From positions 4,396-44,395 of the forward strand of contig DRHY01000046.1 in the NCBI GenBank assembly GCA_011052985.1: a stretch of DNA of 40,000 nt, read 5' to 3'. The notes under the pieces are model-generated. The model saw nothing but the letters and a program-made list of their open reading frames with translations. It was not told the DNA's origin and searched no databases. Positions within the stretch are counted from its first letter, which is position 1. Every line of letters starts with the position of its first letter. This DNA is from Methylophaga aminisulfidivorans. GTDB lineage: Bacteria > Pseudomonadota > Gammaproteobacteria > Nitrosococcales > Methylophagaceae. Below, one piece after another: positions 19,315-26,453 of the stretch. The translations under genes and the position numbers were made by a program.

Positions 19315-19794
19315 TTATTCTTGCCTGTAAAAGTCATCCAGTGTTCTAGGTTGCTCATTATTTATCTGGGTGTTCTGTTGTACCTGTGACGGTTTAGCAT
19401 GTCGCTCATTAATCTTGTTTGTAACGCTTATTCGATCGACACCCTCAACCAGCGCTTTAAAATCGGATCCGCTTTCGGAAACCTGAAGAAGCTCACCCGC
19501 TTTCCGCATTGCGTTACTAGAAAACCTTTCAATATCTTTAATCAATGCAAGTTGACTGCTTACCTGGAAATCATGATATTCAACTTGCTGTTGATTTAGT
19601 GTTGATTTTTCAGTCTCAACCCTTACTTCATCGGCGATTAGCTGTTGATTGACCCCCTTCTCCCATCCAAGTTTTTTTGCCTTCTTGGATATTGTGCTTC
19701 TATCAATATCAGTCTTGAATGAGATCTCTTGTAAGCTGGCCCCACCTTCAAACATGGCCTGAGCCACATCCCAGCTTTCTTGCGAGATAGCCAT
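19315..19794 (-). CDS. terS: Terminase small subunit
   Basis: 159 aa with an N-terminal HTH (SLQEISFKTDIDRSTISKKAKKLGW), directly upstream of TerL. Confidence 0.6.
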   Translation of the reverse strand: MAISQESWDVAQAMFEGGASLQEISFKTDIDRSTISKKAKKLGWEKGVNQQLIADEVRVETEKSTLNQQQVEYHDFQVSSQLALIKDIERFSSNAMRKAGELLQVSESGSDFKALVEGVDRISVTNKINERHAKPSQVQQNTQINNEQPRTLDDFYRQE

Positions 19795-19915
19795 TTAGGC
19801 CACCGCTTGCAATCTATTCTCTAAACCTTTTTTATTGTGCATTTGGCTTAAGCCCCTCACTGATTTTGGTCACTGACCTTATAGGCTAGCTGGTGTTTCG
19901 TTGTTATCGTCTGAT

Positions 19916-19941
19916 GGAAAAGGCTGAATATTTGCTTCAGC
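19916..19941 (-). terminator. Weak terminator candidate after the CheY-like gene
   Basis: Minus strand reads GCTGAA-GCAAATA-TTCAGC followed by CTTTTCC. Confidence 0.35.
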
Positions 19942-19946
19942 TAGTT

Positions 19947-20306
19947 TTATTCTGTTAGCTCTTTCTCAGCCAGATTAATTCGAGCTATTAGCTCATTAAC
20001 ATTTATCGGCTTAGAAACGAACTGGTTAGCTCCTGCACACATTGCTTCATGCATGTCCTGGTAACTGTCTTTTACTGTAATGATGATGATGGGTATTTTT
20101 ACGCCGTGACTTCTAGCTTCTTTAACGAAATCAACGCCGCTTTTATCTGGCATTTCCCAGTCCATCAATAATAAGTCTGCCGATGCCAAATGATTTGCTG
20201 CTTCGTATGCATTCTCAAACATCTGATACGAATGACCGCACCTCTTCACTGCGATAGCTAACAACTCTCTTGAAAGCTCATCATCATCAACAATTAAAAT
20301 ATTCAT
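19947..20306 (-). CDS. Single-domain response-regulator receiver protein (CheY-like)
   Basis: 119 aa with every receiver hallmark: DDD(7-9), phospho-acceptor Asp in LLLMDWEMPDKSG (compare CheY ISDWNMPNMDG), Thr in IIITVKD, Lys in VSKPI. There is no output domain. Confidence 0.85.
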   Translation of the reverse strand: MNILIVDDDELSRELLAIAVKRCGHSYQMFENAYEAANHLASADLLLMDWEMPDKSGVDFVKEARSHGVKIPIIIITVKDSYQDMHEAMCAGANQFVSKPINVNELIARINLAEKELTE

Positions 20307-20560
20307 TTATCGACCTTGGTTAATAATCTGTCGTCAACCCGATCAAACTTCTTTTCAAGTCTTGCGTCCTGCTCTCGATAGATTTTATGTAAAAGGTCAA
20401 CGTCTTTATCGTGTTTTTCGTGAGTGACTGAGTTTTTATCCAACTCGTTCAGTTTCTTTTTTGCAGCGTTAAGCTCGTTCCATAGATATGTGATAAACAG
20501 ACCTAGAATAATTTTCAGGATATCCCAGAAAACATCCCCTAGCTGTTCCAGTCCTCCCAT
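20303..20560 (-). CDS. Small membrane-anchored coiled-coil protein
   Basis: One N-terminal TM segment (VFWDILKIILGLFITYLW) followed by a charged helical tail. The stop overlaps the CheY-like ATG (ATGA). AGGA lies upstream of the ATG at 20560. Confidence 0.55.
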   Translation of the reverse strand: MGGLEQLGDVFWDILKIILGLFITYLWNELNAAKKKLNELDKNSVTHEKHDKDVDLLHKIYREQDARLEKKFDRVDDRLLTKVDK

Positions 20561-20741
20561 CACATATCCTATTCTCTCTGTATAGCTTCCTGGTCAGTGT
20601 TCACATGATCGAATGATTAAGGTTTCGTATCGAGAGGTGTGCCGGGAAAAATCAAATTATTTTGTATAAATAGCTTGTATTTATCAAATAGTTTTAGTAT
20701 AATCTATTCAACGGTTAAGAAAACAACAACGGAGAATACAA

Positions 20742-20912
20742 ATGAACACAAAACAAAAAAGCACTCTAATCGGGCAGATAGTTCAACAGTTAAGAATTTC
20801 AGCCCAATCTCATAAAGATTATTCATTTGATGAAGGCGACACTTTCTTCTCACTATGCTTTAAGACGGATAGTGAAATAATTAAAATCGCCAAAATTGCA
20901 GGTGTTTTATGA
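20742..20912 (+). CDS. Hypothetical small protein (56 aa)
   Basis: Own reading. GGAG lies 8 nt upstream of the ATG, and the stop overlaps the next ATG (ATGA). Below the 60-aa cutoff of the ORF track. Confidence 0.45.
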   Translation: MNTKQKSTLIGQIVQQLRISAQSHKDYSFDEGDTFFSLCFKTDSEIIKIAKIAGVL

Positions 20913-21073
20913 CCCCATCACAGCAATGCAAATCAGCAGGGCTTAAAAGCCTTGCTGAGCTTTCTTCTTTAACTGATGTATCACAACAAACGTTATTCAA
21001 CTGGCACAAGAACAAGCCGCTATTATTTAAAACGGTGCTTATCGGTGCTGTAGTATTAAAAGCTATGCAATAA
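20909..21073 (+). CDS. Small putative HTH DNA-binding protein (54 aa)
   Basis: Own reading: MTPSQQCKSAGLKSLAELSSLTDVSQQTLFNWHKNKPLLF.... The HTH-like segment is translationally coupled to the previous ORF. Confidence 0.45.
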   Translation: MTPSQQCKSAGLKSLAELSSLTDVSQQTLFNWHKNKPLLFKTVLIGAVVLKAMQ

Positions 21074-21104
21074 AAAAGCCCCGACCGAATTAACGATTGG
21101 GGCT
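21072..21104 (-). terminator. Rho-independent terminator (tR'-like) ending a short leader transcript
   Basis: Minus strand reads AGCCCCAA-(loop)-TCGGGGCT followed by T6, about 110 nt downstream of the candidate late promoter. Confidence 0.65.
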
Positions 21105-21191
21105 TGATTGCTGAAACTTCATAGAGGGATAGGCTCTCTGTTTCGTAACCTTCCTATCCTGATTTGTTGAGCCTTCGCTCACGTTACATTA

Positions 21192-21220
21192 TTTATACCA
21201 CTTTCGTGCAGGTTGTGTAA
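21192..21220 (-). promoter_or_regulatory. Sigma70-type promoter candidate (pR'-like late promoter)
   Basis: Minus strand reads TTACAC-17 nt-TATAAA. It starts 4 nt after the stop of the Q-like gene. Confidence 0.55.
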
Positions 21221-21223
21221 GGG

Positions 21224-21613
21224 TTAATTTACATTATTTAAACAATGCCTTGCGACCTTATCTTTAACCGCATCAATACGCCACTTTACACCGCTTTTGG
21301 ATAGCTTTTCAGCCCACGCTATTTCCTGCATTGATTTACCAAATAGCCAATACTCTCTAACAATTCTTTTGGGGTTTCGGCTTAATCCGTTCACAACCTC
21401 ATAAACTGACTTATCAGTATCATCAAGCTCTAGCTCTCGCGTGTCTTTACCGCGGATACGCTCTTGCTCTGGTGATTGTTTAGGATACCCTCTTACTGGC
21501 AACCCTTTCCTGACCAAAACAGCCCACCGCTTTAGCAAGAAGTCTGCTGCGTCTCGCTTTTGCTTTTGACTGTGCGTTGTTGTGCTTCCATCCGCTCTCA
21601 GTGCATGTATCAT
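21224..21613 (-). CDS. Putative late-gene antiterminator (phage 82 Q / QuuD-like)
   Basis: 129 aa. By-eye blocks shared with E. coli QuuD: LKRWAVL vs LERWGAW, an acidic DD block, and the C-terminal Y..G.S...IA....S......L pattern. Context is a promoter plus terminator immediately downstream. The start is uncertain because of overlap with the upstream ORF. Confidence 0.5.
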   Translation of the reverse strand: MIHALRADGSTTTHSQKQKRDAADFLLKRWAVLVRKGLPVRGYPKQSPEQERIRGKDTRELELDDTDKSVYEVVNGLSRNPKRIVREYWLFGKSMQEIAWAEKLSKSGVKWRIDAVKDKVARHCLNNVN

Positions 21614-21878
21614 CAGGGAACCCCACTCTGAATAAAATTAACCTAACCCAATCCGGATCAACTCCAGCTTTTGCCGCATGCCACATATCACCAGCTAAAT
21701 ACCTGAGTGCTGATTGCATGTCTCTTTCGTCTGAACCGTTACTGTTTTTTATAAGCGCATCTTCAATTGCCTGACCAACTACACAAGCGAATAACTTCCC
21801 CTCTGACGTATCGGGGAACTCTGCGACTACAATGCTTTTTATCGCCTGAAAACGCTGCTGCACTTCCTTACGATTCAT
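21480..21878 (-). CDS. Hypothetical protein (132 aa from MNRKEV)
   Basis: ORF track 21480..21902. ATG at 21878 overlaps the upstream stop (ATGA). Confidence 0.5.
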   Translation of the reverse strand: MNRKEVQQRFQAIKSIVVAEFPDTSEGKLFACVVGQAIEDALIKNSNGSDERDMQSALRYLAGDMWHAAKAGVDPDWVRLILFRVGFPDDTCTESGWKHNNAQSKAKARRSRLLAKAVGCFGQERVASKRVS

Positions 21879-22054
21879 TCCGCCTGCTCCTTTAAAAACC
21901 AAGGAAGATGTTTATCCTGGTGTTGCTGCATTTCATCGTTAAGAGTGGGTGCTTCTTCATAGCTGGCTTTTTTACCAAAAGCCCTTGTCCAGTTTTCAGC
22001 TACTAACGCATCATCTACTTGCTGAGGTCTTCGCTTGCTGCCTTTGCCGTTCAT
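21875..22054 (-). CDS. Hypothetical small protein (59 aa)
   Basis: Own reading: MNGKGSKRRPQQVDDALVAENWTRAFG.... ATGA overlaps at both ends. One codon below the track cutoff. Confidence 0.5.
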   Translation of the reverse strand: MNGKGSKRRPQQVDDALVAENWTRAFGKKASYEEAPTLNDEMQQHQDKHLPWFLKEQAE

Positions 22055-22494
22055 GCTTTAGCCTCCAGAGATAAAAAACCAAAATAAGCAGCACTTCTTG
22101 TGTCCTCGTTGCTGCGCCCGTCCCATCCGGTAACTTTTCTGAACTGCTCTTTATTCTTAGCCCAATTACCGCGTTGAGGTTTATGTAGTTGGTATGGAAT
22201 ACCTAGATTATCTAAGGCTCTCATTAGCTCTACTTGCGCCTGCTGGCATCGTCCTATATGCATAGCGATTTTACTTTGTTGCGCCTTACTGGACTTCTGG
22301 TTTCTTGTGTAAACAAACTGATTTGCCATAACATCTTCGATACTAAAAAGCTTGTCTTCTTTTCTTGTGCTGGCAGCACCTATCAACTCCATCAGTGACA
22401 TGGCTTTTAATTCCATAAGCCGACCCTCAACGTAGATAGCTACTCCGTGCTTATCGCTATCTGGATCGATTCCGTAAACTATTCGATAACTCAC
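22051..22494 (-). CDS. RuvC-like Holliday junction resolvase (RNase H fold)
   Basis: VYGIDPDSDKHGVA near the N-terminus (catalytic Asp context) and SNEDTRSAAYFG near the C-terminus. 147 aa, in the nin-like region. Confidence 0.55.
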   Translation of the reverse strand: MSYRIVYGIDPDSDKHGVAIYVEGRLMELKAMSLMELIGAASTRKEDKLFSIEDVMANQFVYTRNQKSSKAQQSKIAMHIGRCQQAQVELMRALDNLGIPYQLHKPQRGNWAKNKEQFRKVTGWDGRSNEDTRSAAYFGFLSLEAKA

Positions 22495-22715
22495 CAGCCA
22501 CTCCCTCTTATCTGCTTAGCTCGTTGTTCTTGAATGTGTAAGCAAGGTGCACAAATACACGTACCTCCTGTTACGTGCTGCCTTGCGTAAGGAATCTTTA
22601 TGCCACACTCTATACAATCATCAGAGCGTTCACGCTTAACGCCTTTAGCTGCTTGCAATGCCATATTCAGGTTACGTTCTGCTACTTCGTTTGCAACATC
22701 TACTTCATCAGACAT
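22491..22715 (-). CDS. TraR/DksA-family C4 zinc-finger protein
   Basis: CIECGIKIPYARQ...CICAPC four-Cys motif. 74 aa. Confidence 0.7.
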   Translation of the reverse strand: MSDEVDVANEVAERNLNMALQAAKGVKRERSDDCIECGIKIPYARQHVTGGTCICAPCLHIQEQRAKQIRGSGW

Positions 22716-23317
22716 CAGATATCCTCCACCCCGTGCCTATCCGTGAATCCATTAGCCTTTCTAAACTCTTTAACAGCAACAACAGCGTCATCAATACTGT
22801 GGAATTCTCCAAGATGTCTAATTTTTCTATCTACTGAAGAACTTGCCTGCCATTTCTTGCTCTTTTTATTCCATGCAACACCAGAGTAGCCAGATGAGTT
22901 ATCTTTTCTCATTCTGCAGTTTTTAGCGTTCTCAGAGCCGCTAACATTTCTAATATTTTCTATTCTGTTATTGAGCCCATCACCATCTATATGATCAATC
23001 TGATCTGGCTGACTTCCATAAGTGATAACCCACGCCAATCTATGAGCAAGGTATAATTTTCCGTTAACCTTTATTTGCACATATGATGTCCTATGAGACT
23101 TTGCTACCGCTCCAGCCTTTTTACCTGAATACCGCTTATTCCACTCACTAAACATTCTTTCTGACTCAAACATAGATAATGGTCTTTCCTTCCATGAGAA
23201 ATCCCCTGTATCAGGACAATAATCCAGTACAGAAGAAATATATTCAGGATCTATGTGTATAGCTTTTGAATATTTACTTACCACTCCCAGCACTCCTTCT
23301 CTCAAACTCATTAACAA
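22715..23317 (-). CDS. HNH homing-endonuclease-like protein with a C-terminal AP2 domain
   Basis: HRLAWVITYG...IDHIDGDGLNNRIENIR (HNH_3) followed by SGYSGVAWNKKSKKWQA...LGEF (AP2). Paralogue of 25417..26028. Confidence 0.8.
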   Translation of the reverse strand: MLMSLREGVLGVVSKYSKAIHIDPEYISSVLDYCPDTGDFSWKERPLSMFESERMFSEWNKRYSGKKAGAVAKSHRTSYVQIKVNGKLYLAHRLAWVITYGSQPDQIDHIDGDGLNNRIENIRNVSGSENAKNCRMRKDNSSGYSGVAWNKKSKKWQASSSVDRKIRHLGEFHSIDDAVVAVKEFRKANGFTDRHGVEDI

Positions 23318-23444
23318 CTATTTTCTTAACCCAATTCTGTAAATGCTCTGGTACTTCATCTAATAGCTTTTGCCGTTCTTCTTTGGTTTTGCCTTCCAGT
23401 ATTTTTGCGGCCCAGTGGCGCGGCCATAGTTCGCGGCTAACCAA
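23274..23444 (-). CDS. Possible small ORF (TTG start, 56 aa)
   Basis: Own reading: (M)VSRELWPRHWAAKILEGKTKEERQKLLDEVPEHLQNWVKK.... It fills an otherwise unassigned gap, but it overlaps the HNH gene start by 44 nt and uses a non-ATG start. Confidence 0.3.
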   Translation of the reverse strand: MVSRELWPRHWAAKILEGKTKEERQKLLDEVPEHLQNWVKKIVVNEFERRSAGSGK

Positions 23445-23733
23445 CCTTAATCACCCCACTCTCAAAGCGCCTGATATTGGTTAGCATGATGAAGCGCAGA
23501 AACTGAGCGTCTCTATCGTCTTTACTGTGAAAGCCTGACGTTGTGCCCTCTCTGAATAGCTGGTCGCATACATAACAAAATTCAGCCGTGGCCATGTCGT
23601 GGCACTTGATACCTCTGCCTTTGCCGTATTGGTGCTGATATGTGCCATTGAAGTGGGCTGAATAAGCATCAGAGCTTCCACAGCGTATGCATGTAGTGCC
23701 TTTTGATTTGTTGGTTAGTTTGCTCACAACCAA
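23437..23733 (-). CDS. YbcO/DUF1364-like Cys-rich protein (putative nuclease family)
   Basis: CIRCGS...H...GKGRGIKCHD...CYVCDQ pattern as in the E. coli DLP12 YbcO family. Confidence 0.55.
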   Translation of the reverse strand: MVVSKLTNKSKGTTCIRCGSSDAYSAHFNGTYQHQYGKGRGIKCHDMATAEFCYVCDQLFREGTTSGFHSKDDRDAQFLRFIMLTNIRRFESGVIKVG

Positions 23734-23999
23734 ATCCTCACAATTACCGATAAGACCATAATCAAGAAAGACCAGAGAGCAACCCGTCCAATTGCGTCAG
23801 TATTAACGCCAAGGTAATTTCCGTATGCAGTAAACACGAAGGCAATGAAGAATATAAATAGCGAGGTTAAGGCTATTTTTTGCACGATATCTGTCACGAC
23901 AACCACCACAAAATAGGTAACCCAATAGCTGCAATCATGATTAACTGGGCTATGATTAGTGCTGCTAAACTGTCCATTACGATTTAACCTCCCGCCCAT
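23724..23999 (-). CDS. Small hydrophobic membrane protein (start uncertain)
   Basis: The C-terminal 55-60 aa form two hydrophobic segments (ALTSLFIFFIAFVFTAY, VALWSFLIMVLSVIV). Several internal GTG codons could be the true start. Confidence 0.4.
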   Translation of the reverse strand: MGGRLNRNGQFSSTNHSPVNHDCSYWVTYFVVVVVTDIVQKIALTSLFIFFIAFVFTAYGNYLGVNTDAIGRVALWSFLIMVLSVIVRIWL

Positions 24000-24477
24000 A
24001 AGCCCAGCCCAAGTCGTTAGGGACTGGTAAACTTATTTGAAACTGATGTGTGCAATAACGGTCAATAAGCGTCATGAACTCGTGCATATTTTTGACGTTT
24101 AACCATTCTGTTTTGATGGCATCAAGGAATGTGTTGATAGCCCATTTTCTTGTTTCGTCATCCGGTGCTTGTTCAAGCATCCTGTCTGCATTGGTAAAGA
24201 ACTCGTGATACTGTTCATCTTGATCAAGCAGGATCGGACGAATGTATTTGCCTTTAAAGTAACGATTCCACCCTTCACGGTTTCTACCTTCAAAGCCTGC
24301 ACGTTCTTTCTGTAAGACACCCATCCACACCCACTTAAGACGAAGTTGAGCAGCACTGCGAGTCTCTTTTTTGTTTTTAATGACCACGATTGCGTTTGGA
24401 TCATCAATCTGAGAAATGAACGCTATGCAATTAGCTCTGGTTACTGGTGTTGATATGTGGAAGGTTTCAGTGTTCAT
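23977..24477 (-). CDS. NinB/Orf-like recombination mediator (tentative)
   Basis: N-terminal pattern (...IVVIKNKKETRSAAQLRLKWVWMGVL) resembles lambda NinB (VVTIQERNRSLDQNRKLWACLGDV). Located in the nin-like region. Confidence 0.45.
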   Translation of the reverse strand: MNTETFHISTPVTRANCIAFISQIDDPNAIVVIKNKKETRSAAQLRLKWVWMGVLQKERAGFEGRNREGWNRYFKGKYIRPILLDQDEQYHEFFTNADRMLEQAPDDETRKWAINTFLDAIKTEWLNVKNMHEFMTLIDRYCTHQFQISLPVPNDLGWAYGREVKS

Positions 24478-25139
24478 AGCAAAGCCACCTGCCTAGTTTC
24501 CCTATCGAATCGCTCACTTGCTGCCTTGTAGTAATCCTCGTCTAATTCACAACCGACAAAATCAACACCGAAATAATGGGCTGCTATTGCGCTTGAGCCT
24601 GAACCAAGATGCGTGTCTAGGATTCTTTGCCCTGGTTTGGCGTAGCTACTTAACAGCCATTGATAGAGTTTTACGGGTTTTTGGGTTGGGTGAATGCGTA
24701 ACTCTTTCGTTTTCATATCACCCTGCAGCATTCCAGCCCATTGAAATTTGAACTGCCTAACTGCAGTCTTGAATGACGTATATGCCAGTTCGCAATCAGC
24801 AAAATCAGAAGCTCCGTTTAACTTATCCCAAACAATCCAGCATGGAGATCCTGCAGAAACCAGTCTGTCAGCAAAGTGATTTGCACCCCATATAATTTGA
24901 TTTTTGCTAACCCTTGCTAACTCTGTGAAATACTCAGGCGGAGGTGGCTCTTTGTCATCACCCGAAAAAGATTTGTAATCTTTAGCAATAGCCAGCTTTC
25001 CACGGCTTTTATTTGTTTTACCGCTTTCGCCAATCCCATAAGGCGGATCAACAATCGCCAAATCAAACGCATTATCTTCCAGCGTTTTCATGTACTCCAT
25101 GCAATCAATGTTTAGCAGCTCAATCACAAAGCCCACCAC
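24474..25139 (-). CDS. Orphan DNA methyltransferase (N6_N4_Mtase family; DPPY suggests m6A)
   Basis: Catalytic motif IVDPPYG and AdoMet-binding motif ILDTHLGSGSS. No adjacent restriction gene. Confidence 0.85.
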   Translation of the reverse strand: MVGFVIELLNIDCMEYMKTLEDNAFDLAIVDPPYGIGESGKTNKSRGKLAIAKDYKSFSGDDKEPPPPEYFTELARVSKNQIIWGANHFADRLVSAGSPCWIVWDKLNGASDFADCELAYTSFKTAVRQFKFQWAGMLQGDMKTKELRIHPTQKPVKLYQWLLSSYAKPGQRILDTHLGSGSSAIAAHYFGVDFVGCELDEDYYKAASERFDRETRQVALL

Positions 25140-25417
25140 ACGACTTCCTCATGCGTTAATTTTCTATTGGTGCAGTCGATGAGTTCTTTCTTTTTCATGC
25201 CAGCTAAGCGTCTAGCTATTTGCACATGAGATAGCGCTTTACTGCCGCTTTCTTCTTGACTGATTTCTGCTAACTGCTTAGCCGTTTTCTTGCCGTAACG
25301 ATTAAGCAAATCAAGAATGATGGCTTCGTGGTTTTTAAGTGCTTCTGAGTTAGCAAACTTATAGCCTGCTGCGTGGCTTGAGATTGGATCGTTTGTTTTG
25401 GCTAAAGGAGTGTGCAT
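25124..25417 (-). CDS. Hypothetical protein, possible winged-helix
   Basis: 97-aa ORF in the track, coupled to its neighbours. Confidence 0.45.
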   Translation of the reverse strand: MHTPLAKTNDPISSHAAGYKFANSEALKNHEAIILDLLNRYGKKTAKQLAEISQEESGSKALSHVQIARRLAGMKKKELIDCTNRKLTHEEVVWWAL

Positions 25418-26028
25418 TAGGCTTCTCCTTTTAGAGTCAACCCATGGTTTTCGTGAAAACCAAGCTCTTTTCTCTTCTGATTAACGACTAGGGCGGCTTC
25501 CTTTACATCGTCATAAAGTCCGCAGAAAAACTCCTTGCCATTAAACATGACTCGTGCCCGCCATTTATTTTCCCTTTCATGCCAGCTAACACCCGCATAA
25601 CCGCTCTTATTGGTTTTATATAGCTTCATGTTTCTACAGTTTTGTTTTCTATTTACCTCTCTCAAGTTAGATATTGAGTTATCCGTTGAATCACCGTTGA
25701 TATGATCTATTTCTAGCTCAGGCCACTTTCCATGAGTCATTAACCACGCAACTCTATGAGCATAAAATCGCTTACCTTTTACAGAGAATATTAGGTACGT
25801 TTTATTCTTCTTTTTAAGTTGAGAACCAGCTACTTTTCCAGCACACCTCGAGTTCCAGCTACACCATTGATGTTTATTCTCAAATAAATCCCTATGTCTT
25901 TCTTTCCATGTAAAAACACCGGTATCTTTGTTGTAATCTAAAACCTCGTGGAAAAAACTTACCACCGGCACAAATTCCTGACTGCAGCCTATTTCGTAGA
26001 TTGTTTTGTCTTGGTTAGTTGTCATCAT
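25417..26028 (-). CDS. HNH homing-endonuclease-like protein with a C-terminal AP2 domain (second copy)
   Basis: HRVAWLMTHG...IDHINGDSTDNSISNLR followed by SGYAGVSWHERENKWRA. Collinear with 22715..23317 over the whole length. Confidence 0.8.
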   Translation of the reverse strand: MMTTNQDKTIYEIGCSQEFVPVVSFFHEVLDYNKDTGVFTWKERHRDLFENKHQWCSWNSRCAGKVAGSQLKKKNKTYLIFSVKGKRFYAHRVAWLMTHGKWPELEIDHINGDSTDNSISNLREVNRKQNCRNMKLYKTNKSGYAGVSWHERENKWRARVMFNGKEFFCGLYDDVKEAALVVNQKRKELGFHENHGLTLKGEA

Positions 26029-26453
26029 GCTGTCATCCCCAATTTTTGCTTAATCTCGCTAAGGTGCTTTCTTGCCTTTTCCTTATCTGCTTTCAGTTCA
26101 AGCGCCTTACTTCTATCGAAAGGCTTGTAAGCCTTGGTGTTGTGCTCGTTTTGGCCTATGCAAAGGTCTTTAAACTGCATTGGTGTAGGCGGAAAATCCT
26201 TTGGCAAATTCTTCAATCCGTTCTGGATTTGCTCGCCAGTTAATCCAGCTAATTGCTCTGCCCATGTGTCCATTGCCAGCATCCTTTGCTCAGTAGTTGG
26301 AAACGCGCTTGTCCAGAGGTGCGTATATGTCACCTGCATCTTGCTGAACAGTTTCGCTGTCCACTCCTTTGGCAAAGAGCTTAAGGTCTTCGTGGAAGCT
26401 GGCGCTCTGTGCTGCTGCGCCTCTAAGTTGATTGCCTTGCTGATGTGTTTCAT
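26025..26453 (-). CDS. Replication protein P-like (helicase loader)
   Basis: MKHISKAINLEAQQ... compares with lambda P MKNIAAQMVNFDREQ. The block W...L.GLTGEQIQNGL....FPPTPMQFKDLC compares with lambda P ...GITTMEQVNAGM...FLPSPGQFVAWC. Confidence 0.6.
   Translation of the reverse strand: MKHISKAINLEAQQHRAPASTKTLSSLPKEWTAKLFSKMQVTYTHLWTSAFPTTEQRMLAMDTWAEQLAGLTGEQIQNGLKNLPKDFPPTPMQFKDLCIGQNEHNTKAYKPFDRSKALELKADKEKARKHLSEIKQKLGMTA

Noticed and set aside
20303-20560. Calling the 86-aa TM/coiled-coil protein a holin or i-spanin
   Set aside because: A single TM segment plus a charged helix is compatible with these roles. However, there is no adjacent endolysin or o-spanin lipoprotein (no lipobox ORF), and the gene is coupled to a receiver-domain gene instead. 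The evidence is insufficient.
5542-24407. Same-strand alternative-frame ORFs nested in larger genes (5542..5745, 10699..10881, 12720..12905, 23481..23681, 24099..24407)
   Set aside because: Each is fully contained in a longer ORF with a recognisable product, and none has independent support.
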